Shown here piece after piece: positions 30,929 to 32,000 of a stretch of 32,000 bases of DNA. Within the stretch, counting starts at the first letter, position 1, and each line of letters opens with the position of its first letter. Origin of the DNA: Breznakia blatticola. Its GTDB lineage: Bacteria > Bacillota_I > Bacilli_A > Erysipelotrichales > Erysipelotrichaceae. The DNA lies in NCBI RefSeq assembly GCF_004365815.1, contig NZ_SODD01000025.1:1-32000 (forward strand). Reading direction: 5' to 3'. The translations under genes were made by a program, and so were the position numbers. The notes beneath the pieces were generated by a model. It saw only the letters and a list, made by a program, of their open reading frames with translations. It did no database searches and was not told the origin of the DNA.

Positions 30929-32000
30929 TTATTTTACTTGCATGTAGTAAGGAACTACGTAAGCAGGTACTCCATTTTCCATAATTAAATCTGGTTCTCC
31001 CATGATTAATGGTTGGATGTAGTCGTGACCTTCTTGTGTAAGACCAGCGTAGTTAGGTAAAATCCATTCAGCAGGAATGTTTTTTACGTGGTTAGCAAAT
31101 TCGTTTGCAGGTCCAGCAATGTATTCAACATCGTATTCTTTACCTGGTTTACGAACAACACCAACAACTTGTCCAGTGTATTCTGGGTTCATTGAACGCA
31201 TGTGTGCACTTTGTCCAAGTTTGAAACTTTCTTCAACATCAACTTTAGATTGGATGTAGTTAGCACAACGTTGTGCAGTACTTAAGTCTTGTACTTTTGC
31301 ACGTGGTGCAACACCAGCTTCTAAAATCATGTTTTTAAGAGCGTTACCAGCTCCACCTAATACAGCATGTCCAAATCCATCGTTGCTTGCTTTAGCAGCT
31401 GCTAAGTAAGAACCATCAGCGTAGTGAGCACCTTCACTAACTACAACATAACATTTTCCTTTTTCGTCCATTACTTTTTTAACTTGTGCCAAGAATAAGT
31501 CTTTATCGAAGTCTACTTCTGGTAATACTAAGATATCAACTTTTCCAGATACAACAGAAGATCCTGCTAACCATCCAGCATCTCTACCCATTGTTTCAAG
31601 AATGAAAACTTCTGGACGAGTTTCTGGAGCGTAAACATTTAAGTCTAACCATGTAGATACAACAACTGCGTTAACGAATTTTGCAGCTGAAGCGAATCCT
31701 GGACAGTGATCAGTAACCATAAGGTCATTATCTACAGTTTTTGGACATCCAACGAAACGTTTGCTGATTCCGTTTTTCTTTGCCCATGCACTTAATGCAT
31801 CAACTGTATCCATTGAGTCGTTTCCACCGATGTAGAAAAGAATTTCAATGTCATATTTTTCCATAATATCAACTAAACGTTGGTAATCTTTATCGTCATC
31901 TCTTTTTAATTTGTAACGACATGATCCTAACGCACTTGATGGAGTTTGACAAAGAATTTGGTTTTCTCTATCACTCATGTTTGTTAAGTCGTAGAATCTT
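30929..32000 (-). CDS. Phosphofructokinase family protein, likely PPi-dependent (Pfp-type); 5' end lies beyond the window
   Basis: YIGGNDSMDT and GCPKTVDNDL are present. Asp at the E. coli G104 position and Lys at the G124 position are the residues associated with PPi-PFKs. The reading frame stays open upstream of the first Met (..RFYDLTNMSDRE) to the window edge. Confidence 0.8.
   Translation of the reverse strand, partial: RFYDLTNMSDRENQILCQTPSSALGSCRYKLKRDDDKDYQRLVDIMEKYDIEILFYIGGNDSMDTVDALSAWAKKNGISKRFVGCPKTVDNDLMVTDHCPGFASAAKFVNAVVVSTWLDLNVYAPETRPEVFILETMGRDAGWLAGSSVVSGKVDILVLPEVDFDKDLFLAQVKKVMDEKGKCYVVVSEGAHYADGSYLAAAKASNDGFGHAVLGGAGNALKNMILEAGVAPRAKVQDLSTAQRCANYIQSKVDVEESFKLGQSAHMRSMNPEYTGQVVGVVRKPGKEYDVEYIAGPANEFANHVKNIPAEWILPNYAGLTQEGHDYIQPLIMGEPDLIMENGVPAYVVPYYMQVK

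Noticed and set aside
1-32000. Alternative genetic code (TGA as Trp, Mollicutes-like), considered because of the DUF285 'Mycoplasma-type' repeats and low GC
   Set aside because: All conserved proteins translate full length under the standard code. TGA terminates pflA at the expected C-terminus, and no conserved Trp positions coincide with ORF breaks.
1-32000. CRISPR arrays, IS elements, integrases, prophage genes, tRNA/rRNA genes, toxin-antitoxin or known defence-system genes
   Set aside because: Scanning by eye found no regularly spaced direct repeats, no transposase- or recombinase-like ORFs and no tRNA-like GGTTCGAATCC arms. The only dispersed repeat is the murQ duplication, and the only tandem repeat is the LRR coding array.

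Overview
Low-GC Firmicutes-type chromosomal segment. The taxon is a guess: possibly Erysipelotrichia-like, based on a DUF285/BspA 'Mycoplasma-type' LRR surface protein and AT-rich codon usage. I support 27 protein genes plus one gene remnant; all but three (merR-like, pyrR, M42 peptidase) are on the minus strand. By eye I saw no rRNA, tRNA, CRISPR array, transposase or integrase.

Content from left to right:
- A vWA surface adhesin.
- A divergent MerR/GyrI-like regulator and ClbS/DfsB-like pair.
- A pyruvate formate-lyase locus, pflA - thioredoxin-like - pflB - grcA-like. The glycyl-radical domain is a separate ORF with its own RBS.
- pyrR and an M42 peptidase.
- A small wHTH gene and an orphan SagB/ThcOx-type nitroreductase.
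- ptsI, with no adjacent ptsH.
- A large BspA-type LRR surface protein preceded by a sigma-70/ECF-like factor fused to a transmembrane C-terminal domain.
- A decayed junction holding a ribokinase remnant and an orphan promoter-terminator unit.
- An RpiR/MurR-linked mannose-family PTS operon: IIB, fused IIC-IID, nanE, murQ, HAD.
- A second MurNAc operon: PRD antiterminator, leader terminator, surface-anchored beta-lactamase-fold hydrolase, murP, DUF871/MupG-like, murQ.
- A IIA-Glc gene and a partial PPi-type phosphofructokinase running off the window.

Most interesting:
1. An identical bipartite motif, GTTCAAAC-N15-ATATCTAAC, sits upstream of both the membrane-tethered sigma gene and the LRR surface protein gene. 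This suggests a self-contained sigma/surface-protein module.
2. The naturally split PFL.
3. The MerR(GyrI-like)/ClbS-like module, which has a 19-nt-spacer promoter.
4. A shared non-LPXTG C-terminal motif, (V/I)x(T/A)GDxT, in three surface proteins.
5. Two about 96-99% identical murQ copies in two different PTS operons.

All promoter, terminator and motif calls were made by eye and need computational or experimental confirmation.
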